A DNA stretch of 32,000 nucleotides from Candidatus Saccharimonadota bacterium. Its GTDB lineage: Bacteria > Patescibacteriota > Saccharimonadia > Saccharimonadales > Saccharimonadaceae. The stretch spans positions 210,001 to 242,000 of the forward strand of contig CP075337.1 of assembly GCA_025349965.1 (NCBI GenBank), in the 5' to 3' direction. Of this stretch, positions 15,581 to 24,149 are shown one piece after another. Every line of letters begins with the position of its first letter. The stretch's first letter is position 1. The notes under the pieces are model-generated. The model searched no databases. It worked only from the letters and a program-made list of their open reading frames with translations, and was not told the origin of the DNA. The translations under genes were made by a program, and so were the position numbers.

Positions 15581-16488
15581 TTTTCGGGTGGGTTATCGAG
15601 GACAAACAGTGCTTTTTCTAGAGCTTTATTGCTCGGCATCGCCACCTTGGGGTGCTCGTAGAGGACTTCCGACAGAAGCTCGCCGGTTGAAAGCTTGCCA
15701 CCATAGGAGCCAGTAAACCGCCAGCCATCCTCACCTTCGGTCCGACCAAATCGAAGCATGGTTCGGTAGGTGCTTACAGGTGGAAGGTAGATCTCATTTG
15801 GACTATCTGGCTGTCCTCGTTCGTTGTCGTGATTAATTTCAAGACATAATTCCTGGTTGATGTGGCGTTCGCCGTTCTCATCATTACGAATCTTTGCGTC
15901 GTGAACAAGACTAAAGCTTGTGAATGCGTCTACTGCCGTGGTGGCTTGACGGCGAGTGAAGACAGATTCAGCCGAAGCGACTGCTTCGAGGAGCGCCGCT
16001 GTTGATTCACCTGTAATTTCTTGAGGTATTTCAAAAAGATTTGCAGCTTGTGGGGCAGTTACCCCTTCTAGAAACCCTGAGTCGAGAGTTGCGTCATTTT
16101 TGCCTTGAGTGAGAATTATCGTGCCACTTTCCTGTGAGTGAACGATGGTATGTAAGTCTTCGGTCCAGTTGTAAGTGAGGCTGAAGGGCGCGCGTGAATT
16201 GTCAGCTAGCGGGAAGGTGAATCGGGCATCCATATTAATTAATTCCGGAAAGCGTCCAGCTTGAGATGTGATAAGCTCACGACGAATTCGATTAAGTACA
16301 TACGGAACTTCGCCTTTATTATTACCAACCTTTAAGCCTTGTATGACTATTTCAGCTGAGCTGTCATGCAGGTATTTATCGGCATTTTTGTTAACGAGCT
16401 CTTCGAGATCGCTAATAAGATAAACAGTTTCCGGTGTTGGGGTGAACTCGGCTGCATTGTTGCCAAAGTTTTCTTCAATCCGCATCAT
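15577..16488 (-). CDS. Hypothetical cytoplasmic protein (orphan)
   Basis: 303-aa ORF, the only long ORF in this interval. An extended -10 (TGaTATAAT, complement of 16495-16503) ends 6 nt before the ATG, which suggests a leaderless mRNA. I recognised no domains. Confidence 0.6.
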   Translation of the reverse strand: MMRIEENFGNNAAEFTPTPETVYLISDLEELVNKNADKYLHDSSAEIVIQGLKVGNNKGEVPYVLNRIRRELITSQAGRFPELINMDARFTFPLADNSRAPFSLTYNWTEDLHTIVHSQESGTIILTQGKNDATLDSGFLEGVTAPQAANLFEIPQEITGESTAALLEAVASAESVFTRRQATTAVDAFTSFSLVHDAKIRNDENGERHINQELCLEINHDNERGQPDSPNEIYLPPVSTYRTMLRFGRTEGEDGWRFTGSYGGKLSTGELLSEVLYEHPKVAMPSNKALEKALFVLDNPPEN

Positions 16489-16567
16489 ATTTATATTATA
16501 TCACAAAAAGCTAAAAAACACAAGTATTACGACCATAAGCGCGTTTAGTATATAATAGAAGGCAAGT

Positions 16568-17830
16568 ATGGTTTTGAAAAAGTTTAAAAAACAACCTCAA
16601 ATCAATGACGACGAGTATCTTGTCGCTCTTGATGTGGGTACTGAGTTTGTAAAAGCGCTTATCGCTCGTCTTGATGGCGAAGAATTGAATATTGTTGGTG
16701 TTGGGCGTGTTCGCCAAGACGTAAGTGATATGCATGCAGGGGCAATTGCTGATATTGCTGGCGTAGTTCGTAACTGTGAAGAGGCGCTTGCACAGGCCGA
16801 AGAACAGGCGGGATTACAGGCTAAGAAGGTGGTGATTGGTATTGCTGGCGAGCTCGTAAAGGGAACTACTGATACTATTCGGTATCGCCGTCCACAGCCG
16901 GATCGTCCACTTGATGACGCTGAAATGGAGTTTATTATCGAGAAGGTACAAGAGCGAGCGCAGACTAAAGCGCAGCGCCAAATTGCACTTGAGACGGGTA
17001 ACGAAGATGTTGAAGTTAAGCTTGTGAATAGCGCCCTGGTTGGTATTCATATTGATGGCTATAAGATTAGTAACCCAATTGGTTTTCAGGGCCGTGATGT
17101 TTCTGTGCAAATCTATACAGCATTTGCGCCGATGGTGCACATTGGAGCACTCGAGCGCGTTGCAGATGAGCTGTCACTAGACCTTCTTGCGGTAGCAGCT
17201 GAGCCGTTTGCGGTGAGCCGGAGTGTGCTTGGTTCTGAGGCGGGTAGTAACTTCACCGCTATCTTAGCTGATGTCGGTGGAGGAAGTACTGATATTGCAG
17301 TCGTGAACGACGGTGGTGTTGAGGGGACGAGGATGTTTGGGATTGGCGGTCGAAGCTTCACGCAGACTATTGCGGGTGACATGGACCTCTCGTATCAAGA
17401 CGCCGAGAAGCTCAAGGTGAATATCGATAACGAGCAGATTAAGCCGGCTGTAAAGAAGTCAGTAGAGGCGGCAATTGATAAGACGCTTGAGGTGTGGATC
17501 GCTGGTGTTGACTTAGCCTTGAGTGAGTTTGAGTCTGTTGACCACCTGCCAAATCGCATCCTTTTGTGTGGCGGTGGTGCAAGCCTCGATAAGCTGGTTG
17601 AGGCACTTGAGGCAGATGACTGGCATAAAGACCTTCCATTTACTCGCAGCCCACGCGTACAGCTCATTCACCCTTCTGAGGTGATTGGTGTAAAGGACGA
17701 AACCGGTGACGTAAGCGACCACACGTTCATTACCGCCATGGGGCTTCTCCGAGTTGGGTATGATACACTAGTAGGGAGTACAGAAGGCGACTCAATACGT
17801 GAAAAATTTAATCGCCTTTTGAAGATTTAA
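16568..17830 (+). CDS. ftsA: Cell division protein FtsA (actin-like ATPase)
   Basis: 420 aa. It has the phosphate-1 motif ALDVGTEFVK, the phosphate-2 motif ADVGGGSTDIAV and the adenosine motif LCGGGASL. The C-terminal amphipathic tail REKFNRLLKI resembles the FtsA membrane-targeting helix. Confidence 0.8.
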   Translation: MVLKKFKKQPQINDDEYLVALDVGTEFVKALIARLDGEELNIVGVGRVRQDVSDMHAGAIADIAGVVRNCEEALAQAEEQAGLQAKKVVIGIAGELVKGTTDTIRYRRPQPDRPLDDAEMEFIIEKVQERAQTKAQRQIALETGNEDVEVKLVNSALVGIHIDGYKISNPIGFQGRDVSVQIYTAFAPMVHIGALERVADELSLDLLAVAAEPFAVSRSVLGSEAGSNFTAILADVGGGSTDIAVVNDGGVEGTRMFGIGGRSFTQTIAGDMDLSYQDAEKLKVNIDNEQIKPAVKKSVEAAIDKTLEVWIAGVDLALSEFESVDHLPNRILLCGGGASLDKLVEALEADDWHKDLPFTRSPRVQLIHPSEVIGVKDETGDVSDHTFITAMGLLRVGYDTLVGSTEGDSIREKFNRLLKI

Positions 17831-17832
17831 GA

Positions 17833-19509
17833 ATGAATAAAGACGTTATCTATGTTGATGTAGACGATGATGTAACGGCTATTATCGGCAAAATAAAAAA
17901 TGCTAAAGAGAAGATTATTGCACTTGTGCCACCAAAGCGCGCCGGTGTTCTTCAAAGTGCTGTCAATTTACGCCTACTTGACCGCATGGCACGGGGCGAG
18001 AAGAAGCAACTCGTTCTCATTACAGGAAATCAGGCGCTTGTGGCGCTTGCGGCAAGTGCTAAGATTCCCGTTGCAAAAAACTTGCAAAGCAAACCTGAGG
18101 TAGCAGAGATTTCTGCTCTCAAGGTGGATGATGGCGATGATATTATTGATGGCTCCGAGCTGCCCGTGGGCGACCATGCTAAAACATCTCGTTCTACCAT
18201 TCCGGTGAAGGACAAGTCTGTACGAGCGGACGACTCTCTTGATGTTGCGAGTCTTGATATTGACGGCGAGGATGTTGTTGCTAAGCCGGTGGGGAAAAAT
18301 AAGCCAACGGGTGCGCGCAAGAGCCCTAAAATTCCTAACTTCGATACCTTTAGGAAGAAGCTTGTATGGATTATAGGCGGTTCAGTAGCGCTCGTCGCGC
18401 TACTAATCTGGATGTTTGTGTTTGCTCCAGCGGCTACTATTGTCATTACAGCAAGCACGAGCCCACAACCTGTGAGTGCGCAGGTTCGGCTGGGGGGTAA
18501 CCAGCCAACGAACGCTGAAAGCGGTATTGTAGCCTCTGTTATGCAACGCGAAGAAGGTGTTGTTTCTGTTGACTTTGAAGCAACTGGACAAAAGGACATT
18601 GGCGAGAAGGCGAGCGGAACTATCTCGATTACTAACTGTGACGGACCTGGGTTTACACTTAGCTCTGGCACACCATTTACCGCTTCAAACGGTAAGGTGT
18701 TCTATAGTACATCAACCGCTTCGGTTTCTGGGTTGAGCGGGTCGGCTTCGGGGTGTCGCAATACTGGTGCTGGAGCTGGCACCGGATCGGTAAATGTCCA
18801 GGCTGCATCTGCTGGTGAAAGCTTTAATATCGGCTCTTCAGGTTATACGATTGGTGGTATCTCAGGTGATATTTACGCTCGTGGTGGTGCTATGACGGGC
18901 GGTACAACAAAAGTTGTGAAGGTTGTAACAGAGGAAGACGTTGAGCGCGCTCGTGGTCAATTGACTGATAAATCCGCTGATGATCAGAAAAAGGCACTCA
19001 CTAAAAAATTCACTGCTGGCCAGGTGGTTATTGCTGAAAGTTTTGTAGCAGATAAGGGTGAGGCGACGCCAACTCCAGCAGTTGGTAAAGAGGCTCCGAA
19101 CGGTCAGGCTAAATTGTCCGTCACGACGGCATTTAGCATGCAAGCGATTCCAAAGACGGAGCTTGAAGATTTCTTGAAGTCATATCTTGAATCTAAGGTT
19201 GATAACAAAGAGAATCAAAAGGTGTATGCTACCGGAGCTGATAAAGTGACATTTGCCAACTTCCAGCAAAAAAATGACAGCGCATCGGTGACGATTACGA
19301 CTCGTGGAAGCGTTGGTCCGAAGATCGATGAGCAGCAGGTGAAAGAAAATGCTCGCGGAAAGCGATTCGGTGATATCCAGCAGGGGCTTAAGTCAATTGA
19401 CGGTATCAAGGATGTGGATGTGAAGTTCTCGTTCTTCTGGGTGAATAAAGTTCCAAATAATATAGATAAAATTAAGATCGAGTTCAAAGTAAACGAGAAT
19501 GGCAACTAG
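17833..19509 (+). CDS. Bitopic membrane protein of unknown function, translationally coupled to ftsA
   Basis: 558 aa. It has a cytoplasmic N-domain of about 100 aa, an acidic linker, one TM helix (LVWIIGGSVALVALLIWMFVFAPAA) and an extracytoplasmic region of about 350 aa that is Ser/Thr/Gly-rich with two Cys. It starts 2 nt after the ftsA stop. Confidence 0.7.
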   Translation: MNKDVIYVDVDDDVTAIIGKIKNAKEKIIALVPPKRAGVLQSAVNLRLLDRMARGEKKQLVLITGNQALVALAASAKIPVAKNLQSKPEVAEISALKVDDGDDIIDGSELPVGDHAKTSRSTIPVKDKSVRADDSLDVASLDIDGEDVVAKPVGKNKPTGARKSPKIPNFDTFRKKLVWIIGGSVALVALLIWMFVFAPAATIVITASTSPQPVSAQVRLGGNQPTNAESGIVASVMQREEGVVSVDFEATGQKDIGEKASGTISITNCDGPGFTLSSGTPFTASNGKVFYSTSTASVSGLSGSASGCRNTGAGAGTGSVNVQAASAGESFNIGSSGYTIGGISGDIYARGGAMTGGTTKVVKVVTEEDVERARGQLTDKSADDQKKALTKKFTAGQVVIAESFVADKGEATPTPAVGKEAPNGQAKLSVTTAFSMQAIPKTELEDFLKSYLESKVDNKENQKVYATGADKVTFANFQQKNDSASVTITTRGSVGPKIDEQQVKENARGKRFGDIQQGLKSIDGIKDVDVKFSFFWVNKVPNNIDKIKIEFKVNENGN

Positions 19510-19915
19510 TACTCTCGTATGCCTCGATGTAGGTGAACGCCGTATTGGTGTAGCAACGGCGGACACTGGCGTGCGAATCGCTGTGCCTGTAACAACGATT
19601 GAGGTTGATGGCACGGAGCTTGAGCAACTTGTAAAACTTATTCGGCTCGAGGGTGCAAAAACAGTTGTGGTAGGCTATCCACGCAACCAGCAGGGTGAAG
19701 CAACTAAGCAAACCGCGTATGTTGAAGCTTTCGTTGAGCGACTCAAGAGTGTTGACAGTTTTGAGGCGGACATTGCCTTTCAAGACGAATCATTAACAAG
19801 TGTTGTCGCTGAACAGTATTTGATAGCACACAAAAAACCATACACAAAAGGCGATATTGATGCCCGAGCAGCGAGTATTATCTTGCAAGATTATGTAGAG
19901 GAGCGATATGGATAA
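19499..19915 (+). CDS. ruvX: Putative pre-16S rRNA nuclease / Holliday-junction resolvase-like YqgF
   Basis: 138 aa. It has the LDVGERRIGVA N-terminal RNase H-like motif. It overlaps the upstream gene by 11 nt and mltG by 8 nt. Confidence 0.85.
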   Translation: MATSTLVCLDVGERRIGVATADTGVRIAVPVTTIEVDGTELEQLVKLIRLEGAKTVVVGYPRNQQGEATKQTAYVEAFVERLKSVDSFEADIAFQDESLTSVVAEQYLIAHKKPYTKGDIDARAASIILQDYVEERYG

Positions 19916-21155
19916 TTTCGGACGACGACCACAGCAAAACGGTAGCCAAAGCACGAGTGGCATGCCTGCAAGCCGTCCGAGTGTTGTAAAAGTGCCGCCA
20001 CAATCACAGCAGCATTTTATAGGTCGGCGCAATAAACCGGTTGCGCGTCCGGGTATGGCACAGCAAGCACCGGAACCAAGCGTCCCGACCGAAGCGTTGA
20101 AGCAGCTTGATCTTGAAGTGAAAGAGGCGCGCTACCCTCGACGACGTAATTGGGCAAAGCGTGGTATTGTTTCGGCTATTATTGCATTTATAGTCCTTAT
20201 TTTAGGTGTTGCTATTTGGTATGGCGTACAACTTCTGCCGGCAAATATGAAGAACAAGGACCGAGTGGCTGTTGAGATTTCCATGGGAAGTACGCCGGAT
20301 GTGATTGCTAAAAAGCTTAAACAAAGCGGCGTGATACGAAATGAACTTGTCTTCCTTGCTACAACACGTATTCAGGGCGTGCAAAATAAACTCCAGGCGG
20401 GCACCTATCGGCTTTCTCCGTCAGAGTCGATGTTCTCCATTGTTGACCACCTCGTAAAGGGTGTAACGGACACATTTGATGTAACATTCCTTCCGGGCGC
20501 GACCGTCAAAGAGAACAAAACGGCACTTATGAAGGCTGGGTATGATAAACAAGAAGTAGACGAGGCATTTGCTGCCCACTACGACTCACCGTTATTCGAT
20601 GGTAAGCCAAAAGATGCTGACCTTGAGGGCTATATCTACGGCGATACCTACAAATTTGGCATGGGGCTCCCTGCTAAAAAGGTGCTGGAGAAGGTGTTTG
20701 CTGAATTTTATAGTATCATCAGCGAGCGTCGCCTCGACAAGGGGTATGAAAAGAAGGGGCTGACGTTGTATCAGGGTATAACACTTGCTTCAATCATTCA
20801 GCGCGAGGCTGTGGGTGGCGATGAGCCACAGATAGCCCAAGTATTCTATAAGCGACTCGCAGAAAAAATGCCACTGGGTTCAGATGTAACTTACCAATAT
20901 ATTGCTGACAAGATGGGTGTTCCGCGTGATATTAATATCGACTCTCCTTATAATACCCGCCGATACGCAGGGCTGCCACCAGGTCCAATTTCAAGCCCAG
21001 GGCTTGCAGCGCTCCGAGCTGTATCACTTCCAGCTGAGGGTGAATATCTCTATTTCCTTAGTGGTGATGATGATGTGACGTATTTTGCCAAAACACTGCA
21101 AGAGCATGAGGCAAATATAAAGAATCACTGCCAGAAAAAGTGTCAAATTATCTAA
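19908..21155 (+). CDS. mltG: Endolytic murein transglycosylase MltG (YceG-like)
   Basis: 415 aa. It has an N-terminal disordered region plus a TM helix, and the C-terminal YceG motifs ASIIQRE and YNTRRYAGLPPGPISSPG. Confidence 0.85.
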   Translation: MDNFGRRPQQNGSQSTSGMPASRPSVVKVPPQSQQHFIGRRNKPVARPGMAQQAPEPSVPTEALKQLDLEVKEARYPRRRNWAKRGIVSAIIAFIVLILGVAIWYGVQLLPANMKNKDRVAVEISMGSTPDVIAKKLKQSGVIRNELVFLATTRIQGVQNKLQAGTYRLSPSESMFSIVDHLVKGVTDTFDVTFLPGATVKENKTALMKAGYDKQEVDEAFAAHYDSPLFDGKPKDADLEGYIYGDTYKFGMGLPAKKVLEKVFAEFYSIISERRLDKGYEKKGLTLYQGITLASIIQREAVGGDEPQIAQVFYKRLAEKMPLGSDVTYQYIADKMGVPRDINIDSPYNTRRYAGLPPGPISSPGLAALRAVSLPAEGEYLYFLSGDDDVTYFAKTLQEHEANIKNHCQKKCQII

Positions 21156-21198
21156 TCCCGCAACAGGGGTGGACACATGGCGTACGCACCGCAAATCA

Positions 21199-21227
21199 TT
21201 GACATGTGTAGCTCACATTGCTAGAAT
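21199..21227 (+). promoter_or_regulatory. Near-consensus sigma70-type promoter (TTGACA-17 nt-TAGAAT)
   Basis: TTGACA lies at 21199-21204 and TAGAAT at 21222-21227. The promoter is about 280 nt upstream of the likely translation start of the LysM-CHAP gene. Confidence 0.6.
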
Positions 21228-21850
21228 AAGGGATAGCACATTGGTGCTTCTATCTACTAGTGATAGAGGTCTACTGTTGTACTGACGGTATTAAAACACA
21301 CACGTAGTACGTAAAAAACAGTATCTCTCTTATTGCCTGCGAGTGGGAAATGGAAGTAGTAATGCGCCTATCAGGACGGTCGTACGGATGCCGAAAACTT
21401 TATAATATTAATTAACGGTCGACATGCATCCTTTTTACCGCAAAAGCGCGTAAAGTAAGACCCAGTACGGTAGACGCCCTCGAGAGAAATCCGAGCGGCA
21501 GGAGAACGATAATTCGTAATGATGTTACGACCGGTAGCGTTCACGCTACCCAGGGTGGGGCAGTAGTTGCACGTCCAGCGCGTGTTGCTACAAAGCCAAC
21601 AAATAGGCGATCCGCTAAGGGTCGCGTTAAATCGTCAACTGTTGCTGTATACGCCGGTGTTTTTACACTTCTTGTAGCAGTTATCGCTATTGGCTACCGT
21701 GCACCTCAACAAGAGGTTGCCGTTTCATCAACTACTCCGGTAGCTGATGTAGCACAAAGCGGTACTGACAAGCTTGCTATTAATGATGTTGTCGCATCTA
21801 ATATCGCTGCGTCTGTCGCGCACACTGCTGCGCTTGCAGTAGCGCCAAAC

Positions 21851-22738
21851 GTGGCGGAGCGCGCAGTGTCAACGAAGGTTGAAGCTGCCTACGCCTCTAC
21901 CGACAGTTCATCTGTTGCAAAACCTGCAATCGTGGCCGTGACTTCAGTGAGTCGCGATGTAACAAAATATACCGTTGCAGAAGGTGACACCGTTGATAGT
22001 GTCGCGACAAAGTTTAAGATTTCTGCCGATACTGTAAAGTGGGCTAATAACCTCAAAGACAATACTCTTGCGGTTGGTTCAGAACTCGATATTTTACCAC
22101 GCGACGGTGTGCTTTATACCGTTAAGGATGGTGACACTGTTGAAAAGATCGCCGATAAATACAAGGCTGATGCTTCACTAATTACCACCTATAATGACCT
22201 TGAGTTGAATGGTGTAACTGCTGGCCTTCGCCTTATTGTGCCTAATGGTGTTCTTCCTGAGAACGAACGTCCTGGGTACGTCGCGCCACGCAGCTATACA
22301 GCGCCGACAACAAGCGGAAGTGTATCTGGAAGCTATGTTTCTGGATATGGTGCTGGGTTCGGTGGCCGTACTTGGCATATCAAGACCGGTACGCCTATGT
22401 ATGCTGGCAATAAGTATGCATTCGGTAACTGTACTGCTTACGCATTTGACCGACGCGCTGAAATGGGTCGCCCAGTTGGTGGTATGTGGGGTAATGCAGC
22501 GACATGGGCATTCTTCGCTTCACGGGCTGGCTACAAGGTAAATAACGTCCCTGCCGTGGGTGCGGTTATGCAGAACGGTGGCGGCTATGGACACGTGGCG
22601 ATTGTTGAGCGAATTCTTCCAAACGGTGATGTTGAAATCAGTGAGATGAATGCATCTGTTGCGGGTGGTGGCTTTAATCAAGTATCGGGTCGTATCGTAT
22701 CGGCTGCAATCGCAGGCCAGTACGTCTACATTCACTAA
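21851..22738 (+). CDS. LysM-LysM-CHAP peptidoglycan hydrolase (minimum extent; the frame is open upstream to 21416)
   Basis: It has two LysM repeats (YTVAEGDTVDSVATKF..., YTVKDGDTVEKIADKY...) and a C-terminal CHAP domain (GNCTAYAF ... GHVAIVE). The track start, GTG 21851, is the first canonical start. The same frame upstream encodes a basic segment plus a TM helix (21632-21697). AGGAG (21500-21504) followed by ATA/ATT (21509/21512) is the likely real initiation region. Confidence 0.85.
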   Translation: MAERAVSTKVEAAYASTDSSSVAKPAIVAVTSVSRDVTKYTVAEGDTVDSVATKFKISADTVKWANNLKDNTLAVGSELDILPRDGVLYTVKDGDTVEKIADKYKADASLITTYNDLELNGVTAGLRLIVPNGVLPENERPGYVAPRSYTAPTTSGSVSGSYVSGYGAGFGGRTWHIKTGTPMYAGNKYAFGNCTAYAFDRRAEMGRPVGGMWGNAATWAFFASRAGYKVNNVPAVGAVMQNGGGYGHVAIVERILPNGDVEISEMNASVAGGGFNQVSGRIVSAAIAGQYVYIH

Positions 22739-22806
22739 AAGCAAAAACATTTTCATTGCAATCGCCTCTGGTAAAACAGGGGCGATTATGTTATAGTTAG
22801 GGTAAT

Positions 22807-24105
22807 ATGTTTGTAGACACTGCCAAAGTTTTTGTACAGGCTGGACGCGGCGGTGATGGTGCCGTCAGTTTTCGTCACGAAATTTACGTCGACAAGGGTG
22901 GTCCAGACGGTGGTGATGGTGGAAACGGTGGCGATGTTATTTTTGTTGCTACTGAAGGTCTTAATACACTTATAGATTTTCGTTATAAGCCGGAGCTCAA
23001 GGCTGAACCGGGTGTTTCTGGTTCGAAGCGTAAGCGACGCGGTAAATCTGGCGAGCCATTGTATGTAAAGGTGCCCGTTGGTACTGTTGTGCGGCGTGAA
23101 GGTGAAATTATTGCAGATTTCGTTGAGGACGGTCAAGAAGAGGTCATTGCCAAGGGCGGCGATGGTGGATTCGGCAACGCGCACTTTAAGTCTTCTGTTC
23201 GGCAAACTCCGCGCGTAGCGGAGCGTGGCGAGCCTGGTGACGAGTTTGAACTTGAACTTGAACTTAAGCTTTTAGCTGATGTGGGCCTTGTTGGGTTCCC
23301 GAATGCCGGAAAGTCTACTTTCTTGAGTGTGGTGACGAATGCTCGTCCAGAGATTGCCAATTATGCCTTTACAACGCTCACGCCAAATCTTGGCGTGGCT
23401 GATATTGACGATGGAAGTATTCTTATTGCCGATATTCCGGGGCTTATTGAAGGTGCGAGCGAAGGCAAGGGTCTTGGTGACGCTTTCTTGCGCCATATTG
23501 AGCGTACCGCGGTTATTCTTCATCTCGTTGATGCATACTCAGAAGATGTGGCTGCGGCGTACAAAACAATCCGTGGAGAGCTTGCAGCGTACAGCGAAGA
23601 CCTTGCATCTCGTCCGGAGGTTGTAGCACTTACTAAGGTTGAAGGGCTTGATGATGAGCTTATTGCGATGCAGAAGGATGCATTACAGGCGGCTGCGGGT
23701 GATGTACCGGTATTTGCACTTTCCTCGCAGGCTCATACTGGTCTTACTGATGTACTTCGTGAGTTGCGTCGCGAAGTGGTTGAAATGCGTGAGGCGGAGA
23801 AGGCTGCTGCCGAAGAAGATGAGGATACGAGTGGATTGGCGGTTATTTCTCTTGGAGTTGAAGAAAAGGCCTTGGCATGGAAGGTTAAGAAGGTTGAAGA
23901 CGGTGAACGTACAGTGTTTGTCGTGAAGGGGCATAAGATTGAGAAGTTCGCTCGGCGAACTCGTTTTGAGACATTTGAAGGTGTCAACCGACTTCGTGAC
24001 ATTATGAAAAAGATGGGAATTACCCACGCCTTGCAGCGCGCAGGGGCGGAAGGCGATTCAATTATCAAAATCGGGCTTGATGAGTTTACTCTTGTAGAGC
24101 AGTAG
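22807..24105 (+). CDS. obg: GTPase Obg/CgtA
   Basis: 432 aa. It has the glycine-rich Obg fold (GGDGGNGGDV), the G1 motif GFPNAGKST, G3 DIPG and G4 TKVE, plus a C-terminal OCT-like domain. Confidence 0.9.
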   Translation: MFVDTAKVFVQAGRGGDGAVSFRHEIYVDKGGPDGGDGGNGGDVIFVATEGLNTLIDFRYKPELKAEPGVSGSKRKRRGKSGEPLYVKVPVGTVVRREGEIIADFVEDGQEEVIAKGGDGGFGNAHFKSSVRQTPRVAERGEPGDEFELELELKLLADVGLVGFPNAGKSTFLSVVTNARPEIANYAFTTLTPNLGVADIDDGSILIADIPGLIEGASEGKGLGDAFLRHIERTAVILHLVDAYSEDVAAAYKTIRGELAAYSEDLASRPEVVALTKVEGLDDELIAMQKDALQAAAGDVPVFALSSQAHTGLTDVLRELRREVVEMREAEKAAAEEDEDTSGLAVISLGVEEKALAWKVKKVEDGERTVFVVKGHKIEKFARRTRFETFEGVNRLRDIMKKMGITHALQRAGAEGDSIIKIGLDEFTLVEQ

Positions 24106-24120
24106 TATTTCGCAAAAGTA

Positions 24121-24149
24121 TTGACAAAATAGCAACTATTTGATATAAT
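24121..24149 (+). promoter_or_regulatory. Consensus sigma70-type promoter (TTGACA-17 nt-TATAAT) driving a non-coding unit
   Basis: TTGACA lies at 24121-24126 and TATAAT at 24144-24149. No plausible CDS follows for about 600 nt. Confidence 0.65.

Noticed and set aside
18030-18671. Long antisense ORFs inside confirmed genes. Examples are 18030-18671 (213 aa), 25309-26106 (265 aa), 9258-9767 (169 aa), 14153-14632 (159 aa) and 23733-24197 (154 aa).
   Set aside because: They lie opposite genes with strong family signatures. They have low-complexity or Arg/Ser/Cys-rich composition, no SD or promoter, and no recognisable motifs. They are shadow ORFs.
21413-21415. In-frame TAA as a sign of stop-codon reassignment or an alternative genetic code.
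   Set aside because: TAA terminates well-supported genes here (mnmA at 12632-12634, ftsA at 17828-17830). TAG (tatD, alaS, sbcB) and TGA (nadD) are also used as stops at the expected protein ends. The code is therefore standard, and code 25 (UGA=Gly) is excluded.
21440-21570. Possible ydaO/c-di-AMP riboswitch upstream of the LysM-CHAP gene. The segments GAAATCCGAGCGGCAGGAG and CCCAGGGTGGGGCAG loosely recall GAGCGGGGGACCCA and GGGGUGAAUC.
   Set aside because: The hallmark blocks (ACGGGGA, CCGAAUCCG, AGCUAACCUCGUAAGCG) are absent. Part of this stretch is probably the SD and coding sequence. I cannot run a covariance model, so I report it only as an unclassified leader.
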